Positions 37,886 through 52,362 are shown, numbered from the whole stretch's first letter. The stretch is 62,864 nucleotides of DNA, filler included, from Choristocarpus tenellus KU-1152 (GCA_964200185.2; 11 parts of 11 records of this genome joined end to end with filler, not necessarily neighbours in it); one strand, 5' to 3'. Notes: generated by a model not told the origin, from the sequence alone. Program-made: numbers and translations.

Positions 37886-38177
37886 TGCAATACGGCAACT
37901 CAGTGACTTGTGACACTTCCCCTCACAACTTTCCACCCTCATCTATACTAACACAAGCCATACACATATAATCATACCATATACATATAGAAGATAGTAC
38001 TAGTAATAGTTTTACACTAAAGTTGAAATGATCCCCTGCCTTCCCCTACAGGCATACACCTCCAAGAACATAACCAACTAACTAATCAACGTTGCGCTTC
38101 AAGGCTGTAGTGGACAGGATAAAGAACATGTACTGCTAGAAAAGTAAAAAATACTGGAAGTAGGAGTTGCCTTTGGA

Positions 38178-38243
38178 ATCATATCATATCATTATATCAT
38201 ATCATATCATATCATTATATCATATCATATCATATCATCATAT
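38178..38243. repeat. (ATCAT)n microsatellite
   Basis: Imperfect pentanucleotide array. Confidence 0.9.
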
Positions 38244-38436
38244 TATAAGCACCATATCTTCACCTTACCAACTATTCTAGCAATAGTGATTACATTGACA
38301 ACCAATTGCAGCATTGGCAGTATTACCAACTGTTTGCGTGTCTATTGATATACAAGAAATATCCAGTCCTTGAACAAAACCCTACCATGATAGTTTGAAG
38401 ACAGTTTCAAGGAAATCATCACTCAATACGTATGTA

Positions 38437-38454
38437 TAGGGTTAGGGTTAGGGT
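38437..38454 (+). repeat. Interstitial telomere-type repeat (TTAGGG)~3
   Basis: TAGGGTTAGGGTTAGGGT. Confidence 0.7.
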
Positions 38455-38634
38455 CGACAAAAGAAAAGATTGATCGCTTAAGAACACACAAATACTACAC
38501 AAGTACAGATCCACTTAGAAAGAAAATTGGAGAGAGTGCATATATGTGTCACAAAAAAAAACACAAAAGGAGTGGAACAATCCCACTCAGCACCAAACGC
38601 TAAAACGAAAGTCCTACAAAAAGCAAAAATAAAG

Positions 38635-38676
38635 TAACAGTTACTACCATTGCACTAACAGTTACTACCATTGCAC
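38635..38676. repeat. Perfect 21-bp tandem duplication
   Basis: TAACAGTTACTACCATTGCAC twice. Confidence 0.9.
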
Positions 38677-41273
38677 TTCTAGTTTCTCAATTCAATCCAA
38701 ATGCATTCAGTCGTACCAAAAGCCCACCTGTCTAGTGATCAGCTTTTTGATGACCTTGTTGAAGAACGGATTGGGACGGATGTACTTAGCAATGTCATTC
38801 CTCAACCAGGGGCTCTTCCATAGTCCATCCAATACAATCACCTGAGTCAGGTGAGGAGGTTTGAACAGCAATGTTTCGACCAAGGGGACACTATATTTCT
38901 CAAAATAAATCAATAGGATGAATTTGGTGATCACTCTGGGAGGTCCTGTTCTATTTGAATATTATTGCTAACATCAATAATTGTAATCCATGGAAACAGT
39001 CCAGTTTGGATGTTAACTAGTCCAGTAACATGTATCAATAGGTACCAATAGCAAATGTGTTGCAGGGATGCATAAAAGGATACTAGCATAGTAAATAATA
39101 ATAATAATATACCTATTATAGTGCTCATTAAAAGATTGTTGAAGAGTCTAACACGTATTGTGTGTCATGATTCTCCCAAATGCCAAGTACGTCAATACTC
39201 ACTTTTTAAATGTTAAATGTAACTTTATTAAATGCCATACATAGTACATTTGTTTGTTTTCAAGAGTTCAATCAACACAAAACTACCTGTCAAGAACAAC
39301 AATTTAATATTATTATTATTCACATACATATTAAATACTCCAGAGAAGATGAAAGTTGTGGGTATAGTATTAGTATAAGGTTATAGTAGAGTCTCAACTC
39401 TTGTGGTTCAAAGGAGAAAAAAGAAAAAGAAAAAAGAGAACCCCTTTACTCAACTTTGTGTGAAAAGATGGCTGTGAGTAACTAGTGTCTTTCTAATGCA
39501 AAAACAACAATATTCTTTTCTGTCTTGCACACTGAGATTCAAATAAGATTCAAAGTTGTAGAGATATTTTTCAATTCCATCAATTCATCATTCCAATAGA
39601 CATTCTATCATGCTTGTCTATTTTTTATTGTCATTACTTTATTATTATTCTCTATTTCTCTCATTGATGTTTTTACAGTTTTTCCAAAAATGTTCGATGT
39701 TTACTTCAAGAACAAGAAAGGGCTATCGCAGAGGAAGAGATTAGCTACTGTACTGTAGGTGACATACACACAAAAGAATCTACTTTCAAAGTGGTGTAGT
39801 GTGCTTCATAATTCATAATAAGCAGTAGACGTTTCTTTTTGTAACATTTAAATGAAATAACATGTGTGACACCCCATTAATTTTGTCAGTAGCAGTGGTA
39901 TTTCTTATGTAGAGGGACATGAGGTTTGGTGTTCAGTGACAAAAAGAGGTACAGTAAAAGAAAATACCATTAGCAAGATTGTGCCAGTGAGTCAGAACAC
40001 ACTTCAATAGACCATTGAGTGATACTCTTTAAGGCATAAGAAGTTTATTTATTCATACCATACTCTTCTATACTACATACTATACTGATAGACAAAGTCA
40101 AAAGCGACATGCAAAAAAATAAGATAAAAAATAAAGAGATAATTACAATAAACATGACACCATAGTAATCAAGAATGGTCACCACATACAGTCATTCCAG
40201 TTTGGCTAACCAATCAAAATAAGTGCACGAAACTGAAGTGCACAGTGATTGGTGTACTGTGATGGGTGTACCGTGGCCAATGAAATGTCATACTCTGTCT
40301 GCATCATGTGGTAAATCTGATCATCCTCCCATTGCACACTCATTTGTTCATCTAGTCACTTGTATAACCCTACTATTGACAAATCCATGTGTTCAGAGTA
40401 GTCAAATTATTCTTCTGTACTATTAGTAATTGCAACATACATACCATACATACCATCATCAAGTCAACGAGCAAAATTTGTAAAAGTCTGAAGAGTGGGT
40501 ATTTACACCCTTCTACTACTCAACTCTACATCAAAATGATAAAAAGAAACATACAGACAAAGTTAGTCAGTGTAATCAGCAAGTTGGTGATGGCTCAGAG
40601 CTCATGATTTTTTTCCTGATAACTGTAAACCTCAACAACTCTGAGGACGCCTGAGAAAGGCGCTGGAACACCCCATGGACGAAATGTGAACAAAGCAGGA
40701 AATATCTCTATAAAATAAATAATAAAAATACATATATATATATGTATGTTGACATTTGAGTGTTGTCATCATGAAAAGAAAATAGAACACGCTATATATT
40801 TACCTCCAATTGGGTTAGGGTTAGCCTGCAAGCACTTAGCTGGGCTCTAAAGGTGCCTGAATCATATTCTTACTATGATCAAGTTGAGCTATTACAGTAA
40901 TACTATTTTTTTGGGAGAGTTAGGGTTAGTATAGAGAAAAAAGGAGAGGTTCAGGTGATTTCAACTCAACTGGTTACTCTTCAATCATGTTAAAATCAAA
41001 TGAATATAGTGTAAGGGTTAGAGTTGAGGATGTCTTCGCCTTCCTGGGCACTACACATGAGCCACACTCACAGTAGCATCATCAGCCCCTAACACTTTCA
41101 TGAAGTGGCGCACTTCTGGTCCTGATCTCATAAACCTTCCAAGGCGTTTCCTTTGCATCTGACTCTCCTTTATCGTGACAAACTGGTCCCCCCTAATCTT
41201 TCCTTTGGTGACCAAAGAGCGGAAGGCATTGAAATCAATTGTACGGTGACACCTACACAAAATAAAACAAAAA

Positions 41274-41536
41274 CAGTGAAACTATCTTATTAAAAGAGGG
41301 TACGAGTTTTGCCCTGTTTATCCTCTTGGAGTTTGACTTTGCATTGTTTTTTAATGAATTTTCCTAATTCGAAATGTTTTGGAGTAGGTAAAATGTATAC
41401 GTTATGAAAAGGTCTGTCCGGAACAAGGATATTGACACTTCCTAACAAACACGATAGCCAAAATTACATCAAAATCGCAACATTGGATGTTGGCCTCCAA
41501 ATGGACACAGCTCTACCCTCTAAGATATTTTTACTC
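41274..41536 (-). mobile_element. MITE family A, full diverged copy
   Basis: Colinear with 9095-9347. Flanks AAAA and AAAT (3/4 TSD match). Confidence 0.88.
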
Positions 41537-41832
41537 AAATACCATCTATCAAGATTCGGTGTGAATGGCAAGGAAAAGACAGAATGAAAGAAGGGCACAA
41601 AGCAGGTTGAGCATTCAACGGATGACTGAGATACGTGATCAGGACAACACCATCTGCTGAAGAATCACAGTGTAGTTAGTTGGAGGTAAGGCGACAGGTA
41701 CCTTGTACCATTTTGAGACAAGGTACAACCAATCATGCAAGACCAAACTAGCACTATCTGGAGAATGTAGTACATATTTATATACACATACACACATATT
41801 TATGTTTTTTTAATTTATGTACAGTGCAAGGT

Positions 41833-41859
41833 GGGTCAAGTATCTGGGGGGGGGGGGTG
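41833..41859. mobile_element. MITE family B terminus at contig break
   Basis: GGGTCAAGTATCT followed by poly-G, then the gap. Confidence 0.6.
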
Positions 41860-41959
41860 NNNNNNNNNNNNNNNNNNNNNNNNNNNNNNNNNNNNNNNNN
41901 NNNTTAATTAATTAANNNNNNNNNNNNNNNNNNNNNNNNNNNNNNNNNNNNNNNNNNNN
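41860..41959. other. Artificial contig spacer
   Basis: Same linker. Confidence 0.98.
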
Positions 41960-44481
41960 GGGAAGGACTCTTTGGGTCAAAACATAGCGCCCAGCACGGG
42001 GGGGTATAGTGTTGTCGACGCCCCAGTCGACATTATGGATGACACTTGCACAAAGACCCACAATAACCACAACACACCACATTCATCGTGTCCACATTTT
42101 GAACGCTATCCGGCATTGTAATCCATCTTCAATCTAGGGATCTATCAAAATCTGCAACAAAAGAGTAAGGGTTGCGAGGATACCGAAATCCATGACTGCA
42201 GATACCACGGTCAGGGGATACCGATCTATTGTAGACTTCAAAAAAATATATCTAAGCAGACTATGATCACCCACTCCACAGATATGCGGGCTTAATGCAG
42301 AAGCAATACGCACAGCGTACCACGGTAACACTAATATCAAATTGGGATATTTTCATCAAGCTCAGAGATCGTTGATGCTCTTGCCCTATTTGTTTATGCT
42401 GACATGCAAAAATAGAGTAATAGAACGACGATACCAGCTGCACATCCTTATGCTTTCGTAAGGTAGACAGAAAAACTCGCTACTGGAGGATATAACAAAA
42501 ACATCACAATGTCTGTGAAAAACTTCAGATACTTTCTACATCTGTGCGTACAACGCATCATCGCTATCGGTCTCTCCTTGAGCATGTTGCTGAAATTCAA
42601 AGAACGACCGTTTCACTCTTCATGGAAGAACAACGCCACTCCTCGAACCATCCTATAGTAGTCCTCACCAACAAATGGACTGCTTCCAAAGGCCAGATTT
42701 CTCCCAGGAGATTCACCACCTGCATCAACTGGAAAGCCGCCTCGACGGGATAACCCTTGGCAGCACAATCCCATCAAGTGTAACCCAACCAGGGCGATTT
42801 TGCATTTCACCATCATGGTGTTGTCCAGTCCCACTGTGAATTGGTTTAAGCGATGGCAATTTCTGTCATTGACTCGCTATCTTTGCTCTTGTGAACGGGA
42901 GAGGCTTGCACCAAGGTCCTTCCTTTCTCTCGAAATTGCTTACTTCGATTATTGTTGCAACACAAAGTAGCAGGTTTTTTGTCTGACTTGGTCTTCAACC
43001 AAAAAAGGGGTTTGCAGGGAGGCGTGTGACACATGTATATATTACAAGTTGAGTATGTATCACTTTCGATTCATATTTGAAATCATACTCGAACAAAGTT
43101 GGTACCTACATTCACAACATCAAGGTCTGGACAAAATAGACAACGACAACAGTACAGTGATTCGGTACGTGCAAGAAGAATCTTCTATGATTCTGAGATG
43201 GGCAGGGGATTAAGGCTCCGATGATGCCTCATTCACTCTCGCTCCTACCTTCGACAACCTTGGTATTTCTCTGTCTGATGAGGTCATAGTGCCTTGGTGT
43301 TACTAGTTTTGGTGGTTTTGGTTTCGAAAGTATATTTGCTTCACGTTAGTATCCTCTACTAGCCTTGGCAACAACATAACAAAAGATCAAGGTCTCCCCT
43401 CCATGCAAATCAGGTGAACAAATTATTGGCAAGTGTTGGGTTGGATTTCCAGACCGTCAGTCTCTGCTCATCATCACAATCAATGTCAGCAACTACACTA
43501 CACAACATGTTCCAGCTCATTGGAGGCAATTGCTTCAACAGCATGCATGCACAGGAACAGAGACCGAGTTAACAGATTCGATATCACACATGACCACCCC
43601 ATTACATGGTTTAACCACAATTTCAACTCGCTTGATCGATCTTGGACAACCTTCAACATTCTTCTCTTGGATACACAATAAATTCAATAGAGAGGTTTGT
43701 TCACAACAATTTGCGTTCACAATTCATACATATTATCTTACTCCGGATCACAGAAATAAATCCTACCTCACTCCCTCACTCAATTATGTTACCTCCACAA
43801 CAAGGGAGGCCCACCCCATGAGGATTGATGAAACGACATTTTCTAATTAGAGGAGTTTTTATATTGTGTTCGTTTTTGTTTTGTTGTTAGAGTAGAAATA
43901 CAGTCGCAATTGTGACCGCCCCATTTCTAGTTATTTTTTTCGACTACACTGATGCGGGATTTTGGTAGTGCGTTCAATACAATAGATACACATAAATGCA
44001 CTAGAATACACACAGAAAAAATGTTGCTACAACATGAGGTCGGGGGGGTTAGAGGAATCCTCTCTTTTTCGAGGGTGTCAGTGAGCAATTGGTGGGCCCT
44101 TCGGCCTTCTGGTACACATTATGCTTCTAGGACTTTGTTTAGAGGGATGATCTCGTGCTGCTTGCTATGTGGACGAATGAATTTTTGCTATAATCTCTTC
44201 TACACCAACAGTCCTAAGAGGGGAAGTTAGCTTCATTTCAGGCATGAGAATGGGATGTAAGGAAAGAGATTCAATTAGCCCTGGATTCTCTAGTAGTAGA
44301 CATAGATAGATCTTATATACAACAAATATGTCCATCTATTGTTATCCTTGATGCTGGAGCCGTTACCTGTTTTGTTTTTTTGTACTTTGTTGCTGGGTCT
44401 TTCTCTTTTCCTGTGCTCACACGTTCCTTCGTCGAAACCGTCACATCTTCCATTTTGAGTGTTAGGAAGTAGGTCTCAATA

Positions 44482-44600
44482 TATGTACGTATGTATGTAT
44501 GAATGAATGTATGTGTGTATGTATGTATGTATGTATGTATGTATTATGTATGTATGTATTATGTATGTATGTATGAATTATGCATTATGTATTACGTATG
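44482..44600. repeat. (TATG)n microsatellite
   Basis: Imperfect tetranucleotide array. Confidence 0.9.
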
Positions 44601-44925
44601 CATACTTGTGTGTATGTTAGAAAGGGATACTAGTGGCGGTAAAAAAAATCTTACAGTCAACAGTGATAAACGCAATTTGAAAGATAAGACTCGTCATGGT
44701 GTAAATATATGCTACCTTCCAGCACGTGGAGAAAGAGGAGCTAGACAAACCGGCTCCAAGGAGGCTTCCCTCCTCTGGAACCCCCCTTCATCAAAATAGT
44801 GGTAGTACATTGTAGCAGTGATGATAGCATGTAAGTAGTAATCAATTAACGAGATATATGCAGACTGGTGTTGCGTTGTACTTTGTGTCCATCTGATTCT
44901 TCTATCACAGGAAACAAAATGTATC

Positions 44926-45018
44926 GAGTCAAAGTTAGCGAGAGATATCCAGTGTTGCATCTTCAGGGTGTTGACAAATATGTGCAAATTCGGCTTTTTT
45001 TTTCTCAATTGAGTATGG
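44926..45018 (+). repeat. Dispersed repeat D, homologous to 48786-48876
   Basis: Both copies share GAGTC...GAGAT..CCAG.GTTGCAT...AAATATGTGCAAA.T..GGCTTTTTT. Confidence 0.65.
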
Positions 45019-45313
45019 AATATTTTCCGAGTTTTTTTGCGTCAGAATAGTTTCAAACGGTAGAGAAATAGATGCTCTCAAGTCGAAATTAGAACTTCAT
45101 CTGTAGAAATATGGGTAAAGAGCAAAATATTGAAAACTAAACTAAAAAGCCGCAAGATTATGATCATGTGCTCCCATTTGAAGGGGAGGGACCTCTCGGT
45201 TCTTCCCCAGAAGTTCCATTTGCACAAGGCAACTTTCAGCATTGGTCCACGGGGTTGAGAGCAAGAGCATTTATGGGGTGTGGGAATGGGGGTGGAGAGG
45301 GGAAGGGTGTGTG

Positions 45314-45413
45314 NNNNNNNNNNNNNNNNNNNNNNNNNNNNNNNNNNNNNNNNNNNNTTAATTAATTAANNNNNNNNNNNNNNNNNNNNNNNNNNNNNNN
45401 NNNNNNNNNNNNN
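45314..45413. other. Artificial contig spacer
   Basis: Same linker. Confidence 0.98.
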
Positions 45414-46789
45414 CTATATTTTTGAGCATGTCGAAAAAAGCGGCACAAAATTGCATATTTTTCGATTTGGTTCACAATATCTGGTTCATAATATTTTGCC
45501 CAAAATAGGGGTACCTACTGTATTTTAATGTTATGTTAAGAATTCAAGGGACTATTGAGAGTGTGGTCTTCACAATTAAATAAAAAAAGTTCTTCTCAAA
45601 ATATATTCTGACAAACAAATTATCTTATATATTCAAGAACAGTATATAAATGTACATTATCCTTCTCATAAACTGAAGTTCACAGACTACGCACTCAAAC
45701 AAAGATCCACTCCGATTATGATTCTGACTAATCTATTTTTCTGTTTTTTCCAATTTATTCTAGACATCTGTTATGAGGTAAGATTTCTGTTCTGTTTTGA
45801 TTCGCCTCAATTGAAGTTGAGATGCTAGGGAACAACTGTGTAACTCGATCTCGCCCTTGTTTACTCAAGTAGGGACTCGAATCCCGGATCTCGACCTTAT
45901 CAGATTGGGCCTCCAGTTAGACGTTGAGCTCGCCAGATTTGGGAGCGATGGAGATACGAATTGAGGAGATAAGGTGGTATCAGTACCTTCGCCCTCTGTG
46001 GCAGTTCTGCTTTTTTTCACTGGAACGCCGAAACAGATATACAACAATGTATATATCAAATGAAAGCTTATGACAAGAGCTTTTGAAGGTTTGTATGTAG
46101 GAATGTAGAAACTTCGGTGAACGGGAACTATCTATGTCTCGATAAAATAATGGGAAAAACGCGGGGGAATATCTCCGGTGCAATTTTGAAGATCATGACT
46201 TCAAAACGGACAAAAATGAAGTGGTTGGCTGAACTATTGTCAGAAACCTGCTCCGGGATACGTCCCTCCCCAAGTTTGGTTGGTTTGCCTCATAAAAAAA
46301 AAAGCAGAAAAAAAAAAAAGATTTTCCTCTTTTTTACGCCTTTTTGGAGACTTTTTGAGAGCACACACACATGTGACTTACACAACAACATGAACCACAA
46401 CGGTGAGACAAGGAGAGCCGCCGAGGCCAGTCTGACCTCTGGATCTACCCTCGGCACTTTCTCTGTTGAGAGGGGGACCGGAAAAACAAGTACAGTGTGA
46501 CACTCAGTGCGATGTTAGGTGACGAGAACGTGCGAGTAGTGTGGCGCAGCACCATGATCAATTCACGAAATGGATCACGCGGCCGCGACACTAACGCTGA
46601 GAGAAGATGCATGGAAAGCATTACCACACAAATGTGGTTGGATCTCCATCCACTTCGGAGCACTGCTCTGCAGTCTCTTCCGCCTCGGGAAAGTGGGAAG
46701 AGAACAGCGAGTCCATCATCAGGTGTGGTACAGTGACGAAGCGTGTGGGGAAGCCTGGTCACGGCAAACAAAGGGAGAGCCGGGGTGGC

Positions 46790-47870
46790 CACCCGAACGG
46801 AAGTTTAGGGAAGAGAGCAGTGCGACTGCATGTCATTGCGCCAGGAAACACCTAAGCGAAAACCCGTATGTACATTATCTTAGTAGTGGACAGTTGTAGC
46901 AGGCCCTGACTGTCTGGAAGCTGTGTGACCCAGAGTGGCTCAAGGAAACGAGAAAGAAGGCGTTAGGGTTGGGCTACAAGGGCTGTGAAGCCCGAAAGAA
47001 GGTCGAAAGGACTCGCAAGGCGGAGGAGAAAGCGATCGTAACAAAGGCAGCTGTGAAGACGTTTCGATACCACCAAATCCTTTACTTAGAAGAGGTCGCG
47101 AAGCAGGTGGAGGTAGCCATGGACAAGGACATCAGGGAAGAAGAGGAGGTGAGATTGAGACTATTTGCACACCAATAGTTTGGTGTCTACCACTTCTTGT
47201 AACATGCCGTACATTCACTTTTGTTCTTGGACTTGGGGTTGGACGTATAAACTTGATTAAGACTTTCTCCCAGCCTGCATTCATTCGAGAAATGAACAAA
47301 AATTTCGATCAACTCAAGCCTGTCCTCCCTCACCTCTTGCGCCTTGATAAAATATCACTCGTCCAGGAAACACAGACAAGGCCCATTTCCGGCGCTCAAC
47401 AAGGAGATGTGATAGTAGAGGCTCTACCACTACGAATCCTGTACGTGTGTATTAACGACGGGAAATACCGTTTAACATCGCTCAAGATGGCAGCAGGATA
47501 TGCAATGGTCAGCCCAGAAACTGTGAGTAAATGGGAGATAGACTTCCTAACTAAAGGTCACATCAAGGTGTTGGAGCAAGGGCGCTATGATAGGCGTTTC
47601 GTCCTGGGCCTCGACGAGGACGTCCTTGCCGAGGTCAAAGAGTAGATGCGCGAACACACAGGAAGAAAGAGTGGGGAGGCTTTTTCCCACCTAATCCCTA
47701 TACTTCAATCAAGTATTAGTGTATCTGTTGCCACTCTTGATGACCTACAATCCAGGGTTCGAACCCCAATATGAACGCTCTTTCTGCAATAGATGAAGAA
47801 ATGACGAAAAAAAGCGAAGCCGTACGTACTCTGGACGGTGTTTTGACGGGCATCACGAATATGCTTTTGT
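46790..47870 (+). pseudogene. Probable decayed DNA transposase, N-terminal HTH region (Tc1/mariner-superfamily-like)
   Basis: AAGYAMVSPETVSKWEIDFLTKGHIKVLEQGRY...LDEDVLAEVKE, then ISVSVA, GFE and FDGH in the order seen in DGHER-type transposases. Stops and frameshifts present. Confidence 0.4.
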
Positions 47871-48137
47871 ATTTTTAATCCCATGTCTGCATCAAAAGTT
47901 ATGACGGGTCAACCCTACTGGTACCACTATAACACAATTTTACGGACATAAAGCTCTGGTTCAAAACGTAGTACTAAATAATACCCTGAACACACCAATG
48001 TAGAATGTACACAACACTATTTGATGCACTTAACACTCCAGTTCAAAACATACACGCAATGCTATTTTAACATAGCATAAACAGTGCCTACTACAACGTT
48101 GTGCCCATTACACTCCAGATCAAAACATGCAACTTAT

Positions 48138-48395
48138 GAGTCAAACCAACTAAGAGGTAGGCACAGTCGCATTTTAAGGATGCCCAAGAAGAGGCAAAAA
48201 GGTCAATTTTGTACCGTTACAGAAATACCGGTTGCTGAATTGCGATGTCACCTTTTGTGCGGAAAGGTGAGTATCAATTTTGCGTACACCATTGTACACA
48301 TGAATCAATGAAATAGAGTGCTTTGCACAGGGTAAGAAAGACGGCTCGAAAAACAGAAGGGTCCTAACCTGCCTGCCTCTCACTTGTTTTGGCTC
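48138..48395 (+). mobile_element. MITE family C, full copy (258 bp)
   Basis: Imperfect 26-bp TIRs GAGTCAAACCAACTAAGAGGTAGGCA ... TGCCTGCCTCTCACTTGTTTTGGCTC. Flanks TTAT and GTAT. Second copy at 56095-56720. Confidence 0.82.
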
Positions 48396-49013
48396 GTATG
48401 ATGATTAAAACATGTACCCTTTTAAATGTATTTTGTTTTATAAGAGGTTGTGTAATTTGTGGTTGTATATGGAGATGTGTAATCGAGTATGTTATTATCC
48501 TTCCTTCCTTACCATGATATAAAAATTTAGCTGTGAATGTTAGATAGATCCCCTCAGTCAATGGACTACGCAAACAAATACACTTACCACCATTGCGTTC
48601 TTGTCATTCACAAAATCCTATGTTTTCCAGTAATGTTTAACACAAAAGCGTTACTGTATAAGATAAATGGTACATCACTATGTTTGACACCATGACATAA
48701 TATGTCTTATGTTGAAATGCCAACACTATGTTACGCCCGTAACAGTCGAGTCTAAAATATATATTGTTAAACCTACACCCCTCTAGAGTCGATCTAAACG
48801 AGATGTACCCAGAGTTGCATTTTATGGATGGTGGAAAATATGTGCAAAATTTGGCTTTTTTTCAAATGCGTATAGGTAAACCTTACGACTACCACTTACT
48901 ACATCAAAGAAAAGGTGTGCACAGCTTCCACTGTTAGTATTAGTAGATATGGATAGTAGGATACCAGATAATATTTTTCAATATACTTGTTCATAAAAGT
49001 AAAACGTGAAACT

Positions 49014-49036
49014 GACCCAAAGTATCTGGGAGGGGG
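49014..49036. mobile_element. MITE family B terminus at contig break
   Basis: GACCCAAAGTATCTGGGAGGGGG, then the gap. Confidence 0.75.
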
Positions 49037-49136
49037 NNNNNNNNNNNNNNNNNNNNNNNNNNNNNNNNNNNNNNNNNNNNTTAATTAATTAANNNNNNNN
49101 NNNNNNNNNNNNNNNNNNNNNNNNNNNNNNNNNNNN
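49037..49136. other. Artificial contig spacer
   Basis: Same linker. Confidence 0.98.
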
Positions 49137-49430
49137 CAAGTGCCTAGCCCTTCCCTCCCCCCTCCATCCCACTCACCATTTGTCACCCCCTCTCTCTGAT
49201 GTTCAATAAAAAAAATGTTCTGAACATGTCTGTGATATCAATTTAGTTGCTGTTACGACTCCTTCTTCACACTCTCCAACCCCTAACCCTAACCCCACTC
49301 GTAGCCTCCGTTTACAGTCTCCCTGTTTACTTTTTTTTATTTGTCAAGACTTGTATCATATATTTATTTTTTGTCCTATATATTTTTTGTTGCATTGAGA
49401 GTTTTTTCTTCCCTATTATATATATATATA

Positions 49431-49615
49431 TCGGTTAATAAAATAAAAAACTCCTTCGCCAGAAGACTTGCGGTGTTCATTTGATACAATTTGTTTTTTT
49501 GTCAATTATTTCCTCTCTCTATATATATATTTATTTATTTTCGGTTAATGAAATAAAAATAATTCTTCGACAGTGGACTCGCTGCGTTCATTTGAGACAA
49601 TTTGTTTTTTTTGTC
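49431..49615. repeat. Diverged tandem duplication, period 110 bp
   Basis: TCGGTTAAT.AAATAAAAA...CTTCG.CAG..GACT.GC...GTTCATTTGA.ACAATTTGTTTTTTTGTC at 49431 and 49541. Confidence 0.85.
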
Positions 49616-52362
49616 TGTTATTCTTTTAATAATTTTTTCTATTTTTTTTTACTGCAAAGTTCAACTCTCTCCAAAAAGCGCTGAAACTATCACTACCTTC
49701 TCCGATCAGACACTATTTTTCATTGATTTTTCATTTTCTGGTTGTTGATGTCCTCTATATGAGGCTGCCCCTGTTGCTCCCTCGTGGGTGGAGTCGCTCA
49801 TGGTCCTAATCGGTCTCCATTCCAGGAACGACGCTCACATGGGAGCCATAGTGGAGGTAGGTGAAGGTGCTACTACTTTTGAGGGTTTTCTTCTTTTTGG
49901 GAGCACGGGGGACAAGGAGGGGGGGACAAGGGGAGGAATAAGATGGTCTAATGTCTCTCCGAAGCAAACAAGAATTTAAAAAAAACATGAAAAAAAATGT
50001 ATGTATGAGTATAATATTTATCTTATTATTTTATTGGAGGTGTGAGGACTCTTGTTTTGTCCTGGTGGTTTGAATATTAGGGTTACAGGGTTTTGTGGTT
50101 TGTCTCCATAGGGTGGAATATTATGAAGATAGGGCTCAAAATTAGGTGTACAACAGGTGCATTGGGTGTTGAGTTAGTCGGGCGGGTGCTACATTTTTTT
50201 GTTTTGCTTGTCATTTTCGGAATAGGTTGAAACGGTGTTTTTTTTAACTTGGTCCAGACAACCTATACACATGGATACACTTTGTCTGTAACCAATTGCG
50301 AAGGGGAGTGTAGCTTGATACTAGCCCCAAGACTAACCAGGAAGGACTCTAATATTTTACGCTGGTTGGTAGTTTTAAAGTCAGCAATCGAAAGAAGCAA
50401 TGGCATGTACCTACACAAATTAATATTGTTGTATTGATCGTGAATTATGAGATCATCGAAGGAGTGGCTGGTGGTGAGAGGCAAGAGAGGTGTTGGTGTC
50501 TATTGTTTTCCTACAAGTCAGGGATAAAGAGCTGCAGTTGGAAGCGCCATATTGACTCAAATGTATCTTTTGAGTACATACTTTACAAGGTGGACGCCAT
50601 ATTCAATAGTCCTTTTCCTGCGATAATAGTATGCTGCCATTCATCCTGTCGTGGGGAACACTCCTCGCCAATGAGGACCTTGTAGGGGGCTACTTCAGAT
50701 GATTATTTGCGGCTTGAGGTCATCAGCACCCTGTTTACGTGGATTCAGTTGTTTTCAATCCCTAGTGTAGTTCGTCGATACGTGTAACAGGTATGAAAAT
50801 TAGAAATGAATGAGAGTGCACCATCTCGTGCTTTCTAGCTCACAACGAACACTGCTACTGCTATTGTTCAAAACGTGTAAACACTTGTTCCACTGCATCT
50901 ATCTGTTCCCACCATTTTCCACGGAAAAACATGTTTAGTCATCCTTAAGAGGGAACAAATGGTAGAATAAGAGTAGTGCGCTGGTTTCTTTGGAAGCATT
51001 CTGAGCACCTCGGTCTGATTTAGGATTTGAGTCATACATACTGTATATCTTAAAGAAAGTTCGGTTTAGGTTTCAGCAGTCAGAGAGAAAAAAAATCCTT
51101 CTCGTAGCTTCTCCCATTATTGTCAGTTATTTTTCCCTCCAAAAGACTGTTAGGGCTAGAACTCTATATGTACCTAAAAAACCGTGATAATTCTGTGCTA
51201 TTTCAATTAGTGTTACTGTGTATCGAGTACCCAAAATCGTACTTTTAATTATAGTAATAATATGACGGAGCAATGCACACAAGAGGGAACGAGGAGTTCA
51301 TCATACACGATGGGGATCCATTCTGCTTTCTGTTGTGCATCAACCGGCATTGTACTGCTGATGGATAAGGATACTTGCGATGGATCCTTACTAGATCCTG
51401 TGAGGTCGCTAGGAAGAAATGTTCGCCAGAGGGCTCATTAATCCGTCAAGGAAAGTCCTTGTTTTTTCCCTTGTTCTGAAGCACCATCACCTTTTTTTAT
51501 TATTAATAGTTACATATTATTATATAGTGACACATGCATGTGGTGGTGATGGTCCTGGGGCATTCCGAGGTGCTTTTTGCAAAAGATTGAGGTTTTGGAG
51601 ACCTCCATGGTACTGTATGTAGTAGGCAGGTAGGTAGGTAGGTAGGTGTGCTGATTGCTTATTAGTCATAAAATGTAGTTAGCCAGGTAAAGTTTTAGGT
51701 ACCTAGAGCTTCGTTTGATGGCACTCAAGTTGGGTCTCTCATCATGTTGCCTGTTGTGAGTATTTATTTTTTGGTAATAGTAGTGGAGTATGACAGGTAC
51801 TTGGAACTTGTACCGTGCCATATGTATTGTTTATTTATTGTTATGCCTGCTGACCTTTTGCAGGGATTTCCTTTCAAGTATTCTAAGATGCTAAATATGT
51901 GACTACATACGTAAGATACATGAAAGCTCGACTATGTTCCAACAAATTTTGAAGTAACACGCGTTTAAACGTCTACCAAGGTGTGGAAACCCCATCTGTT
52001 TTTTTGGTTCTTTGCTGTCCTATTGAATTCGTTTTTGGTTCTTTTACAGTATATTGAAGTCAAGGGCACATGTTTAGAACGTGCATACGGAGATTAGAGG
52101 AAAACCCAATATGCGGTAAATAAGACATTAAAATGAGGGTGATCTTATGAAGTCTACATCTTGAAATGTATTTATTCACAGGGCAGTAAGAACCGCCAAA
52201 ATTGGTTCCACATTTTCTTTTCTCCGTTTGGACATATTTATAGCGTGAAGCTGTTAAAGTATCCCCCGGCTCATGTATGGATAGAAGAGATAATTACGGG
52301 AGCATTACCCAGTGTTGTAGAGTGATTATTCCCAAACAGAGTGGGTGACCATACAACCCCAA

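Noticed and set aside
43270-43330. Hammerhead ribozyme core CTGATGA (also near 36613 and 34396)
   Set aside because: No stem II followed by GAAA at the required spacing.
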